64,000 nucleotides of DNA, from assembly GCA_007125845.1 (NCBI GenBank), contig SLCK01000014.1, positions 16,546 through 80,545 of the forward strand, written 5' to 3'. How positions within the stretch are numbered: the stretch's first letter is position 1; each line of letters begins with the position of its first letter. The position numbers and the translations under genes are program-made. Origin of the DNA: Gemmatimonadota bacterium (lineage in GTDB: Bacteria > Gemmatimonadota > Gemmatimonadetes > Longimicrobiales > Gaopeijiaceae). Of the stretch, positions 1 through 9,196 are shown in pieces. The notes below the pieces were generated by a model that ran no database searches, was not told the DNA's origin, and saw only the letters and a program-made list of their open reading frames with translations.

Positions 1-382
1 TGAACACGCTCGTCCAGATGAAGAAGAGGCGTGCAACCCACACGCTCTGCTCCGCGTCCGCGAACTGGAAGAGAGCGTAGAAGGCGACCAGGTTCAGAAT
101 GAAGAACCGGTAGATGTAGGCGACGAAGGTGCGCCGCGGAAAACGCTTCACCAGGTAGGTGAAGACCGGGTGAAGGAGGAGCATCCCCACGAGCGTCCCC
201 GTGAAGAGCCAGGCCAGGTTGTCGACCCCCCCGGCGATACCCATCGCGTCCCGGATCGGGCGGATGACAAAGTAGGCGGCCAGGACGAAGAAGAAGTACG
301 CGCAGGACCAGACGAGAGCTGCGACCTCCTCGTCTCGAACGTCGACCGCCTTCTGGATGAGCCTTCCGACCGCAGCGCTCAC
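1..382 (-). CDS. MFS-type transporter, ATP/ADP-translocase (TLC)-like, N-terminal part; 3' end runs off the window
   Basis: Own minus-strand translation from GTG at 382: VSAAVGRLIQKAVDVRDEEVAALVWSCAYFFFVLAAYFVIRPIRDAMG...FTYLVKRFPRR...FFIWTSVF. It has hydrophobic helices and a YFFFxLxxYxxxRPxRD-type N-terminal signature. Absent from the ORF track because it leaves the window. Start codon uncertain. Confidence 0.45.
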   Translation of the reverse strand, partial: MSAAVGRLIQKAVDVRDEEVAALVWSCAYFFFVLAAYFVIRPIRDAMGIAGGVDNLAWLFTGTLVGMLLLHPVFTYLVKRFPRRTFVAYIYRFFILNLVAFYALFQFADAEQSVWVARLFFIWTSVF

Positions 383-646
383 CGGGGTAAGCTCGACGTA
401 CGTGAGGGGATCCAATCGGTCATCTGCGTGGCTCCATGAGCGGGTAGCGGGGATCCTTTCCGTCGAGGGAGATGTACCTTGAAGGCACGCCTAGCCCCGG
501 TGGTTGTCCGGACATTAGAAAGAGCCTAAGGTGGAAGCAAGTGTTGAGAATGAGGCTAGAGGTCAAGCATTCAAAGGACAATTGACGTCTTCGCCGAGGA
601 AGCCGCAGGGCCCTCCGAAGTCCCCTCCCCCCAGCATAGAAACCAG

Positions 647-1612
647 ATGATCGATCGACGTGAATGGCTGAAGCTCACCGCCACTGCCGGGGCAGCGCTC
701 ACGCTGAGCCCCCGACTGCTCGAAGCGTTTGCCCGAGGTGACCTCGTCCGGGATGAGATGATTACCCGGACGATCCCCGGGACCATTGAATCCATTCCGG
801 TCATTGGACTCGGGAGCTCGGCTACCTTCGCCGCACTGGCGGGAAGCGACGAGGCCAATGTGCTCGGAGAGGTTCTGAGCACTCTCGTCGAACAGGGTGG
901 AGCCGTCTTCGACACCGCCCCCGGCTACGCGGGCGGCACGTCCGAGGAAGTCGCGGGACAGCTCGTCCAGGACCTGGGAATCGTCGATCAGGTCTTCTGG
1001 GCCACCAAGTTGAACGTGGCCCAGGACGGCACCGCCGATCCCGCTGCGGCGCGCGCCCAGGTGGAGACCTCCTTCGACCGCGTCGGAAAGGATCCCATCG
1101 ACCTCATCCAGGTCCACAATATGGGCGATCCCGCCGTTCAGCTCCCCATCCTCCGGGAGTACAAGGAGCAAGGACGGGTCCGCTACTACGGGATCACCAC
1201 CACCTTTGAGTCTCAGTACGATGACCTGATTTCGGTCATGCGAAACGAGCCGCTCGACTTCATCGGGACGGACTACGCGGTGGACAACCTGTTCGCGGAG
1301 GAGACGATCCTGCCCCTCGCCCAGGAGCGGGGCATCGGGGTGCTCGTCTACGCGCCCTTTGGCCGCACCCGCCTCTGGAACCGGGTCGAGGGACGTGAGG
1401 TACCCGACTGGGCGGTCGAGTTCGACGCCACGACCTGGGCGCAGTTCTTCCTGAAGTTCGTGGTCTCGCATCCGGCCGTCACCGCGGCCACTCCCGCGAC
1501 CAGCCAGCCGCACCACATGCTGGACAACCTGGGTGGGGGGATGGGACGGCTTCCGGACGAAGCCACACGGCAGCGGATGGTGGAGTACGTGGACGCTCTT
1601 CCCTCCGCCTGA
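647..1612 (+). CDS. aldo/keto reductase with twin-arginine (Tat) signal peptide
   Basis: 321 aa. N-terminus MIDRREWLKLTATAGAALTL (RRxWLK Tat motif plus h-region). AKR-like blocks VIGLGS, FDTAPGY, IDLIQVHN, GIGVLVYAPFG. Confidence 0.85.
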   Translation: MIDRREWLKLTATAGAALTLSPRLLEAFARGDLVRDEMITRTIPGTIESIPVIGLGSSATFAALAGSDEANVLGEVLSTLVEQGGAVFDTAPGYAGGTSEEVAGQLVQDLGIVDQVFWATKLNVAQDGTADPAAARAQVETSFDRVGKDPIDLIQVHNMGDPAVQLPILREYKEQGRVRYYGITTTFESQYDDLISVMRNEPLDFIGTDYAVDNLFAEETILPLAQERGIGVLVYAPFGRTRLWNRVEGREVPDWAVEFDATTWAQFFLKFVVSHPAVTAATPATSQPHHMLDNLGGGMGRLPDEATRQRMVEYVDALPSA

Positions 1613-1660
1613 TCGGAGGGAGGACCAAGGTTCCAGAGTCGGGCACGAGGACTTGCGAAG

Positions 1661-2641
1661 ATGATCACTCGACGAGAATGGCTTCGGAGGGCCGTGGCTG
1701 CCGGGGCCATCCTCCCCTTCACACCACGCCTTTTGGAAGCGCTGGTCGGAGGGGAATCAGTACTTAGAAGGGAGCTCATCGAGAGAACGATCCCCGCGAC
1801 GGGTGAGACCGTCCCGGTGATCGGGCTCGGCAGCTCAGCCACCTTTGCGTCCGCGGCGGGGAGCGGGGCAGGAGACGGCGCAGAGGTCGTGCGTGAGGTC
1901 CTCCAGGCGCTCCTCGACGGGGGGGGCAAAGTCTTCGACACCGCGCCCGGCTACGGGGGTGGCAGCTCGGAGATCGTGGCGGGGCGGGTCGTCCAGGAGC
2001 TCGGAATTGGCTACCAGGTCTTCTGGGCCACGAAGGTGAATGTGGCGCAGGACGGAGAGGCCGACCCGCACATGGTCCGGGCCCAGCTCGAGGCGTCCTT
2101 CGATCGGGTCGGCAAGGCGCAGATCGACCTGATCCAGGTGCACAACATGGGTGACCCGGCCACCCAGTTGGGCCTCCTGTACGACGAGTTCAAGAACTTC
2201 GGGAGAGTCCGCCTCGTCGGGATCACAACGACCCGTCCGGCCCAATACCCCGAGCTCGTGGACGTGATGCGAAACGAGCCCATCGATTTCATCGGAGTGG
2301 ACTACGCCGTCGACAACCTGGAGGTCGAAGAGACGATCCTGCCCCTTGCCCAGGAACGAGGAATCGGCGTCCTCGTCTACGCCCCGTTCGGCCGTACCCG
2401 CCTCTGGAACCGGGTGGAGGGACGGGAGGTTCCCGAATGGGCGGCGGAGTTCGATGCCGCGACGTGGGCCCAGTTCTTCCTCAAGTTCGTGGTCGCGCAT
2501 CCTGCCGTGACTGCGGTGACCCCGGCCACCAGCCGTCCCGAGCACATGCTCGACAACCTCGGGGGCGGGATGGGTCGCCTTCCGGATGAAGCCACTCGGC
2601 AACGCATGATCGACCTGGTAGAGGAGTTGCCCTCCGCCTGA
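1661..2641 (+). CDS. aldo/keto reductase with Tat signal peptide (tandem paralog of 647..1612)
   Basis: 326 aa, colinear and highly similar to the upstream gene (identical blocks such as ILPLAQERGIGVLVYAPFGRTRLWNRVEGREVP). N-terminus MITRREWLRRAVAAGA. Confidence 0.85.
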   Translation: MITRREWLRRAVAAGAILPFTPRLLEALVGGESVLRRELIERTIPATGETVPVIGLGSSATFASAAGSGAGDGAEVVREVLQALLDGGGKVFDTAPGYGGGSSEIVAGRVVQELGIGYQVFWATKVNVAQDGEADPHMVRAQLEASFDRVGKAQIDLIQVHNMGDPATQLGLLYDEFKNFGRVRLVGITTTRPAQYPELVDVMRNEPIDFIGVDYAVDNLEVEETILPLAQERGIGVLVYAPFGRTRLWNRVEGREVPEWAAEFDAATWAQFFLKFVVAHPAVTAVTPATSRPEHMLDNLGGGMGRLPDEATRQRMIDLVEELPSA

Positions 2642-2677
2642 CCCTGGAGGGACGTTCTTCCACCGATCTGCCCGCTC

Positions 2678-3727
2678 TCATTGCCAGCGGAAGAGGCGGA
2701 GGGCCAGCGCGATGCTCCCGACCGTCCACGCCACCGCCACGCCCAGCTCGGCCAGGACCGATCCGAGACCGAGCCCGTCGTTGTAGACCGCGCGAAGCGC
2801 ATCATTCACCGCCGTGAGCGGAAGGATCTGAATGAGGGGCTGCACCTCGTCCGGGAAGCGCTGCGCGGAAAAGAAGACCCCTGAGGCGAGCAACATCGGG
2901 AGCATGATCAGGTTGATCACTCCGCCGATGCCCTCGGTCGTGCGCACGCGCGATGCCGCCAGCAGACCGAGGCCCGTGAAGCAGCTGGCGCCGACGAGGA
3001 CCACGATGGCCAACGCCAGCGGACTGCCTTCAACGGTGACTCCGAAGACCAGCCAACCAAAGAAGATGAGAAGGGGGATCTCCCCGAGCAGAAAGGCGAA
3101 TCGGGCCAGCACCTGGGAGAGGAGAAAGTCGCTCCGCCGCATGGGGGTCGCGGCCAGGCGTCGCAGCTCTCGATTCTCCCGGGCCTGGGTCGTGTAGAAT
3201 CCCACACTCCAGAGGCCCGTCCCCATCAGGTTGAAGCCGATCAGGCCGGGAATGAGCCAGTCGATGTAGCGCTGTCCCGGAACCCGAACCTCCTGCGCGC
3301 GAATCGACACCGGACGCGTCCCTCCGGCCATCTCCTGCAATCGACTCTCCACGACGAGTCGTGCGGTACGCGCCTCGGGGCGGGTCGGATCGAATCGAAG
3401 TAGGATTCCCTCGGATCTCTCCACATCCGTTCCCAACACGAGCGCTGCTTCTCCCCTGCGCAGCACATCGGAGGCCGACTGCACAGCCACGGCCTCCACG
3501 TCCAACGCGGGATCGGCGTCGAGGGATTCGGCGTATCGCTCGGCAGGTGAGCCCGCCTCGATCGCGACACGCACGACGTCTGTGGTCCCGTCGCTGAAGG
3601 CAACCCCGATTCCGATCGCCAGTCCGACGGGAAAGAGGAAGATCCAGAAGAGGACTTCCGGCTCCCGGAGCATCACGAGGACCCGATTGCGCGTAAGATG
3701 CCACAGGGCCGACGGATCAGTCATCAC
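2678..3727 (-). CDS. ABC-2 type transporter permease
   Basis: 349 aa. N-terminal TM helix, large loop, then about 5 C-terminal TM helices (ABC-2 topology). Overlaps the stop of the upstream ATPase gene by 11 nt. Confidence 0.8.
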   Translation of the reverse strand: MMTDPSALWHLTRNRVLVMLREPEVLFWIFLFPVGLAIGIGVAFSDGTTDVVRVAIEAGSPAERYAESLDADPALDVEAVAVQSASDVLRRGEAALVLGTDVERSEGILLRFDPTRPEARTARLVVESRLQEMAGGTRPVSIRAQEVRVPGQRYIDWLIPGLIGFNLMGTGLWSVGFYTTQARENRELRRLAATPMRRSDFLLSQVLARFAFLLGEIPLLIFFGWLVFGVTVEGSPLALAIVVLVGASCFTGLGLLAASRVRTTEGIGGVINLIMLPMLLASGVFFSAQRFPDEVQPLIQILPLTAVNDALRAVYNDGLGLGSVLAELGVAVAWTVGSIALALRLFRWQ

Positions 3728-4691
3728 GTAGCTGCCGACCCGTGAGAGTCAGGAACACGTCATCGAGCGTGGCCCGGTGCGTCCCGAGCCAGGTCAACTC
3801 GCCTCCCAGCCGATCGATGAGTGAGAGGAGCGCCGGTACGGTCCTGTGACTTTCGTCCACGGTGAGGTAGTGGCGGCCCTCGGAGGCCACGACCCGGCGC
3901 ACGGAGGGTAGTTCGGCCAGGTCCCCCACCTGCAGGGGCACCGTGCACTCGACCTCGATGGTGTGATCTCCGCCGAGGCGATCGATCAGCTCGGCGGGCG
4001 TGCCTTGTACGAGGATGTCGCCGTGATCCATGATGGCGATCCGGTCGGCCAATCGCTCCGCCTCGTCCATGAAATGCGTCGTCAGGAGGATGGTGCCTCC
4101 TCCTGCGCGAAAGCTCTCGCACACGTCCCAGAGCGACCTCCGGGACTGAGGATCGAGGCCCGTCGTCGGCTCGTCCAGGAAGAGGACGTCGGGAGATCCA
4201 GCCAGCGCGCAGGCCACGGACAGTCGCTGCTTCTGACCCCCGGAGAGCTCACGCACATAGGTGCGCCTCTTCTCTTCGAGTTGCACCAGATCGATGAGCT
4301 CGTCGACGGTGGGGCCGGACGGATAGAACGCCCGAAAGAGCGCCACGACCTCCTCGACCCGCTGCTTTCCCGTCAACCGGGTCTCCTGCAATTGGATGCC
4401 GAGTCGGGAGCGGATGCGGCGTGCATCGGTGTCCCAGGACATTCCGAGAATCCGGACCTCGCCGGCGTCCGGATCGGTGAGCCCTTCCAAGATCTCGATC
4501 GTCGTCGTCTTTCCCGCCCCATTCGGACCGAGGAGGCCGAAACACTCCCCGCGTGCGATCGAGAGGTCCAGGTCGCGAACCGCGATCGTATCTCCGTATC
4601 GCTTCCTCAAACCCCGGGCGAGGATGGCTGGAGTCGAGATCGCCTCCTGCTCGAGCTCGGTGGCGGCCTCGACCGCATTCGACTGTATCAT
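3717..4691 (-). CDS. ABC transporter ATP-binding protein
   Basis: 324 aa. Walker A GPNGAGKTT, signature LSGGQKQR, Walker B VLFLDEPT. Confidence 0.9.
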   Translation of the reverse strand: MIQSNAVEAATELEQEAISTPAILARGLRKRYGDTIAVRDLDLSIARGECFGLLGPNGAGKTTTIEILEGLTDPDAGEVRILGMSWDTDARRIRSRLGIQLQETRLTGKQRVEEVVALFRAFYPSGPTVDELIDLVQLEEKRRTYVRELSGGQKQRLSVACALAGSPDVLFLDEPTTGLDPQSRRSLWDVCESFRAGGGTILLTTHFMDEAERLADRIAIMDHGDILVQGTPAELIDRLGGDHTIEVECTVPLQVGDLAELPSVRRVVASEGRHYLTVDESHRTVPALLSLIDRLGGELTWLGTHRATLDDVFLTLTGRQLRDD

Positions 4692-5071
4692 GCCATCGTC
4701 TCCGACGACTCCTTTCTAAGCCCCGTGCACGACGAACCTCCGCAGCCGGGAGGCTGCGGGTCCGTGTGGCAGGCGTGGCCTGAAGTTGTGGGCGGGCAAA
4801 TGCAATGCTCGGGCGGACTCGCCCATGACGAAGAGGTGTGGCGAGCCAACTCACCCCCTCGGTACCGCGCCAGAGCTTTCGTTACACCAGATGGCAGCTC
4901 TGGTGCCCGCTCTTCGTGATCGTTGTGTTGAGGCAACTCCCCCCGTAGCTTGCCAGGAACACGCGTATTCGGTCATCGCGTGCGCAAACGTATCGCCGGG
5001 CGAGACTGTGCGTCCGACGATGCCGTACCGAGCGACCTCGTCACCCCCTGCTTCCTTTTCGAACCTGGACC

Positions 5072-6622
5072 ATGACCGAATCAGGCCCGGACGGACGAAC
5101 AAGATCGATCGCCGGGGACGATTCCGACGTCCACCGACTCCTGGTCGAACACACGCGGGAGCTCCTCTGCCTCCTGGATGTCTCGGGAACGCTCCTCTTC
5201 GTGAGTCCGAGCGTCTTCCCGCTCCTGGGGTACGCCCCTGCCGACGTGATGGGCCGGTCCCCGCTCGACTTCGTGCACCCCGAAGACCGGGACACGGTCG
5301 CGGATGCGCTGCAGTCCGCGGCCGAGGGACTGGAAGTGCCGGTCCTCACCTGCCGATTTCGGGGAGCCGACGGGGAGCATCGATGGCTCGAAGTGCAGAC
5401 CCGCGCCCTCCGGGACGAGAATGGAGCCGTGACACGCCTGGTGACCAGCTCCCGGGACGCCTCGAATCGGATCGAGCTGCTCGCCAGGGTCTCGACCCTC
5501 CGATCGGTGATTTCGTCCTTCGACGATCTGGTCTTCGTATTCGATCCGGACGGTCGCTTCCGAGAATACTATCAACCCAATCGGCGGAAACGTCTCCACG
5601 CCCCGCCGGAGGCGTTTCTGGGCCGACATTTCTCGGCCGTACTCCCTGAGCAGGTGGCGATGCCTCTGGGGCACGCGCTCACCAGAGCCAAGGAAAGCGG
5701 GGAGCCTCAGGAGTTCGATTACGACTTGGTGGTGGGAGATGAACCCCGTAGCTACTATGCGAAGATCACGCCTTTGCGGGGATCGGCAGGAACCGTTGGA
5801 GGATTCGTCGGCGTCGTGCGGGACGTCACACATCGACGCTCCGAGGAGCTGGCCAGGGTCGAGCTCCTCGAGGCAAGGGGAAAGGCGGAACGGTTGGACG
5901 CCCTCGCCGTCCTCGCTCGGGGAACGGCCCACGAGTTCAACAACATCTTGACCGCTGTCCAGGGAAATCTCGCGCTCGCACTGGACGAGCTTCCCACGGA
6001 TGGGCCGGCGACGGCGGGAATCGCAGCCGCGATCGCAGCCGCGGATCGGGCGGCGGAAGTCACCAGACAACTGCTTACGTATACGGGAGCGAGCGCGGCA
6101 CGTCCGCTCGCCGGAGACCTTGTCGAGTTGATCGAGGAGCTGGAGCCGGGATTGCGCCTGCTCGTTCCACCGGGCGCCCAGCTCGAAGTCCGCCACGAGG
6201 CCGACGAAGCGCCCATCGAGGCAAGTCCGGTCCTCCTCGCGTCCGTGGTCCGGCACCTCACCCGCAACGCGATCGAAGCCCTGCCCGAGGGACATGGCCT
6301 CGTCACGATCCGCACGTTCCGGCGAGAGTACGGTGAAGAAGAATTGGCGCGGAGCCGCGTTCAACCGCTGGCGGTTCCCGGCATGTTTGCGGGGATCGAA
6401 GTGAGGGACGACGGCGAAGGGATCGATGCGGACATGCTTGCGCGCATCTTCGATCCCTTCTTCTCGACTCGGTTCCTGGGTCGGGGGCTGGGGCTGGCGG
6501 AGGTATCGGGAATCGTCCGGGCTCACCGGGGTGCGATACTCGCCACCAGTGAGCCCGGAGCAGGATCGTCCTTCGTCGTTCTCATTCCCAACACGATGTC
6601 CAGGGACGAGTCGGCAACCTGA
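5072..6622 (+). CDS. PAS-domain sensor histidine kinase (cytoplasmic)
   Basis: 516 aa. Two PAS-like segments, an H-box region GTAHEFNNILTAV, and HATPase blocks (RDDGEGID, GRGLGLA). No TM helices seen. Confidence 0.85.
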   Translation: MTESGPDGRTRSIAGDDSDVHRLLVEHTRELLCLLDVSGTLLFVSPSVFPLLGYAPADVMGRSPLDFVHPEDRDTVADALQSAAEGLEVPVLTCRFRGADGEHRWLEVQTRALRDENGAVTRLVTSSRDASNRIELLARVSTLRSVISSFDDLVFVFDPDGRFREYYQPNRRKRLHAPPEAFLGRHFSAVLPEQVAMPLGHALTRAKESGEPQEFDYDLVVGDEPRSYYAKITPLRGSAGTVGGFVGVVRDVTHRRSEELARVELLEARGKAERLDALAVLARGTAHEFNNILTAVQGNLALALDELPTDGPATAGIAAAIAAADRAAEVTRQLLTYTGASAARPLAGDLVELIEELEPGLRLLVPPGAQLEVRHEADEAPIEASPVLLASVVRHLTRNAIEALPEGHGLVTIRTFRREYGEEELARSRVQPLAVPGMFAGIEVRDDGEGIDADMLARIFDPFFSTRFLGRGLGLAEVSGIVRAHRGAILATSEPGAGSSFVVLIPNTMSRDESAT

Positions 6623-6649
6623 TCGAAGGATCGAAGGTCGGAGTCAGCT

Positions 6650-7552
6650 CTACGGAATGAGGACCGCGTCGATCACGTGGATCACACCGTTCGACGTGAG
6701 GATATCGACATCGGTGATACCGGCATCGTTCACCTGCGCGCCGCCTTCGAGCCCGATCGTAATCGTTCCCCCACCGAGCGTGGCCACCTCGGCCCCGTCC
6801 ACGAGGTCCGTAGAGAAGACTCGCCCTTCCACCACGTGGTAGAGGAGGATGTCCGCGAGGGATTCGGGATCGGCGAGCAACGCCTCGACCGTGCCGTCAG
6901 GCAGAGCCCCGAATGCGGCATCCGTCGGCGCAAAGATCGTGAACGGACCGTCTCCACGCAGCGCCTCTTCCAGCCCTGCCGCCTGCACCGCGGCCACCAG
7001 GGTCTCAAAGCCCGCACTCACCGCGGTATCCACGTTGTCCTCGACCGGGAGCAAGACACCGTCGATCACATGGATGACGCCGTTGGAAGCCTCCACGTCC
7101 GTCTGCACGACGCTCACGCCGTTCACGCGGGCACCGTCCGAAAGGGTCACCCTGAACTGGCGCCCCTCGGCCGTCGTCACCAGCTGCCCATCCTCCAGCG
7201 CGGAGGCGGGGATGCTGCCGGGCACGACATGGTAGAGAAGCACGGTGGCGAGGGCGTCCGGATCGGCCAACAGGCCCTCGACCGTTCCGTCCGGAAGGGC
7301 GGCGAAGGCCGCATCGGTCGGAGCAAATACGGTGAACGGACCCGGACCCGCGAGCGTGCTCGCCAAACCGGCCGCCTCTGCGGCCGCAAGGAGAGTGGTG
7401 AACTCTCCTGCCCGCTCGGCAGTCTCGACCAGGTTTACCGGATCGTCGGTCGGGTTGGAGGCCGTCACCTCGTTGTCGCAGGCCGCCACCAGGAGGGTTG
7501 AGCCGAGGGCCACAAGGCCCAGGCGAGGAAGAAGTCGGTTGAATCGGAACAT
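6650..7552 (-). CDS. fasciclin (FAS1) domain lipoprotein, two FAS1 domains
   Basis: Start trimmed to ATG 7552 ([25 protein letters not shown] lipobox), with GGAG upstream. Two FAS1 repeats each contain [17 protein letters not shown] and NGVIHVID. Confidence 0.85.
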   Translation of the reverse strand: MFRFNRLLPRLGLVALGSTLLVAACDNEVTASNPTDDPVNLVETAERAGEFTTLLAAAEAAGLASTLAGPGPFTVFAPTDAAFAALPDGTVEGLLADPDALATVLLYHVVPGSIPASALEDGQLVTTAEGRQFRVTLSDGARVNGVSVVQTDVEASNGVIHVIDGVLLPVEDNVDTAVSAGFETLVAAVQAAGLEEALRGDGPFTIFAPTDAAFGALPDGTVEALLADPESLADILLYHVVEGRVFSTDLVDGAEVATLGGGTITIGLEGGAQVNDAGITDVDILTSNGVIHVIDAVLIP

Positions 7553-7603
7553 CGGAAGCTCCTTTCGTTGGGAAAACTCTGAGGCGTCCATAACGGCACC
7601 GCA

Positions 7604-7644
7604 GTTTGTACATCGTTTGTACAGGTACAATGCATGTTTGTACA
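7604..7644. promoter_or_regulatory. three copies of GTTTGTACA plus inverted repeat TTGTAC-AG-GTACAA in the fasciclin/carH divergent intergenic region; candidate CarH/LitR operator
   Basis: GTTTGTACA at 7604-7612, 7615-7623 and 7636-7644 (offsets 11 and 21 bp). Inverted repeat at 7617-7630. Lies 67 bp upstream of the regulator start. Confidence 0.4.
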
Positions 7645-7710
7645 GATTGTGTCAAGCTCTACTTGGACGATACCTTGACGACACCCTCATGACGCGGGTA
7701 TCCTTCGGGC

Positions 7711-8670
7711 ATGGCCACCACTGAGGACAACGGATTTCGACACCCGATAGGCGTCGTGTCCCGACGAACCGGACTCTCCGCCTCGGCGCTTCGCGCGTGG
7801 GAACGCCGGTATGGTGCTGTGTCCCCGGAAAGATCCAAGGGGGGGCAGCGCCTTTACTCTGACGCGGACCTGGAGAGACTCTCCCTGCTCAAGCGCCTCG
7901 TAGATGAGGGGCGGAGCATCTCCCAGGTCGCCAATCTCCCCCTGGAGGATCTGCTCGAGCTGGCAGGGCAGGAAGTGGGGACTGCGGCCCAGCCGGTGCC
8001 GCACCACGGCGCAACACCGCCCCAGGCTGCGGATCAGCAGGCGATCGATGCACAACGCACCCTCGAGCGGGCCTTGCGCTTCACGGAGGAGATGAGGGGG
8101 GAGTCGCTACAACGGACTCTCACGCGAGCTGCCGTCGTCCTGCGACCGGAGGCACTGATCGGCCAGGTGCTCGTCCCGCTCCTCACCCGGATCGGGGAGA
8201 CGTGGAAGTCAGGCCAAATGGGTGCGGCCCAGGAGCATCTCGCTTCCGGCGTGGTACGCCGCTTCCTGGAGTGGTTGATCGATACGGCCGAGGTCGGTCA
8301 AGGGGCCCCAGTCCTGCTCACCGCCACTCCGCAAGGGCACCGCCATGAATTCGGTGCGCTCATCGCCGGCACTATGGCGGCTGAGATCGGATGGCGGGCG
8401 GTGTGCCTGGGACCCGATCTCCCTGCGGACGAGATCGCCGCAGCCGCCAAGAGGACGGGTGCGGCAGCCGTCGCAATCTCGGCGGTGCACGGGCAGGAGC
8501 CCGGCCGTCTAGTCGCGGAGCTCACCCGCCTCCGGCAACTGCTCCCCGACGATGTGCGTCTGCTGGCGGGCGGGCGGGGGATCGAGGACGTTCGTTCGGA
8601 GCTGACCGGATCCGGAGTCGAAGTTGCGCACGATCTGTCGGTCCTGCCCAGAGTCACGAGGGCGAGTTAA
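7711..8670 (+). CDS. carH: MerR-family, B12-dependent light-responsive transcriptional regulator (CarH/LitR family)
   Basis: 319 aa. N-terminal MerR HTH (IGVVSRRTGLSASALRAWERRYG). Wx9EH motif WKSGQMGAAQEH (8203-8238). B12-binding domain with HxxG (RHEFG, His at 8344-8346), ISAV and AGGRG blocks. Confidence 0.85.
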   Translation: MATTEDNGFRHPIGVVSRRTGLSASALRAWERRYGAVSPERSKGGQRLYSDADLERLSLLKRLVDEGRSISQVANLPLEDLLELAGQEVGTAAQPVPHHGATPPQAADQQAIDAQRTLERALRFTEEMRGESLQRTLTRAAVVLRPEALIGQVLVPLLTRIGETWKSGQMGAAQEHLASGVVRRFLEWLIDTAEVGQGAPVLLTATPQGHRHEFGALIAGTMAAEIGWRAVCLGPDLPADEIAAAAKRTGAAAVAISAVHGQEPGRLVAELTRLRQLLPDDVRLLAGGRGIEDVRSELTGSGVEVAHDLSVLPRVTRAS

Positions 8671-8704
8671 CCGTGATGCGTGGAGCAGGTGCACAGGGGG
8701 ATCG

Positions 8705-9196
8705 GTGGTGAGGCGCCCCTCGGCGGAGGAGCTGATCGAGCGCTTCGGTCTCCGTCCGCACATCGAAGGAGGCCACTATCGGCGGATCTTCCGGTCCGAG
8801 CGCACCGTCCTTCGGGCAGGGGAATCGCGTGCGGCGCTCACCTGCATCCACTTCCTCCTCCGACAAGGCGAGCACAGCTCCTGGCATGAAGTGGCCAGCG
8901 ACGAAGCGTGGCACTTCCTCGCCGGCGACCCCCTCGAGCTCCTCGTCTTCGACCCCAACGGATCCGGGCAGGTCGAATCCATCCTCCTGGGGTCCGTGGA
9001 GCTGTCCGGAACGGTGCCTTCCCATGTGGTGCCCGCAAGAACCTGGCAGGCGGCGCGTCCCACGGGGGAGTTCAGCTTCGCCGGGTGCACCGTGGGTCCG
9101 GGCTTCGAATTCTCCGACTTTCGATTCGTACGGGAGATCCCGGGGCACGAGGGGCGCTTTCCCGATCTGCCTCCGAGCTACCGCAACCTGCTCTAG
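8705..9196 (+). CDS. cupin-fold protein (DUF985 family)
   Basis: Track ORF starts at 8624 and overlaps the carH end. Preferred GTG at 8705 follows AGGGGGA. Motif AEELIERFGLRPHIEGGHYRRIFRS is typical of DUF985 cupins. Start uncertain. Confidence 0.7.
   Translation: MVRRPSAEELIERFGLRPHIEGGHYRRIFRSERTVLRAGESRAALTCIHFLLRQGEHSSWHEVASDEAWHFLAGDPLELLVFDPNGSGQVESILLGSVELSGTVPSHVVPARTWQAARPTGEFSFAGCTVGPGFEFSDFRFVREIPGHEGRFPDLPPSYRNLL

Noticed and set aside
170-439. 89-aa plus-strand ORF at the window start
   Set aside because: It has an acidic/basic low-complexity translation. The opposite strand encodes a plausible multi-helix transporter N-terminus.
563-1516. 317-aa minus-strand ORF, with similar shadow ORFs at 1835..2602, 23976..25079, 40786..41814, 52120..53424 and 59523..61103
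   Set aside because: Each is antisense to a gene with clear domain motifs. They have low-complexity Arg/Gly/Pro/Asp-rich composition and no recognisable family.
4692-5071. Possible tRNA or small RNA gene in the 380-bp gap
   Set aside because: No cloverleaf-compatible arms or conserved T-loop/D-loop sequence were found, only simple hairpins. These are reported as a low-interest palindrome instead.
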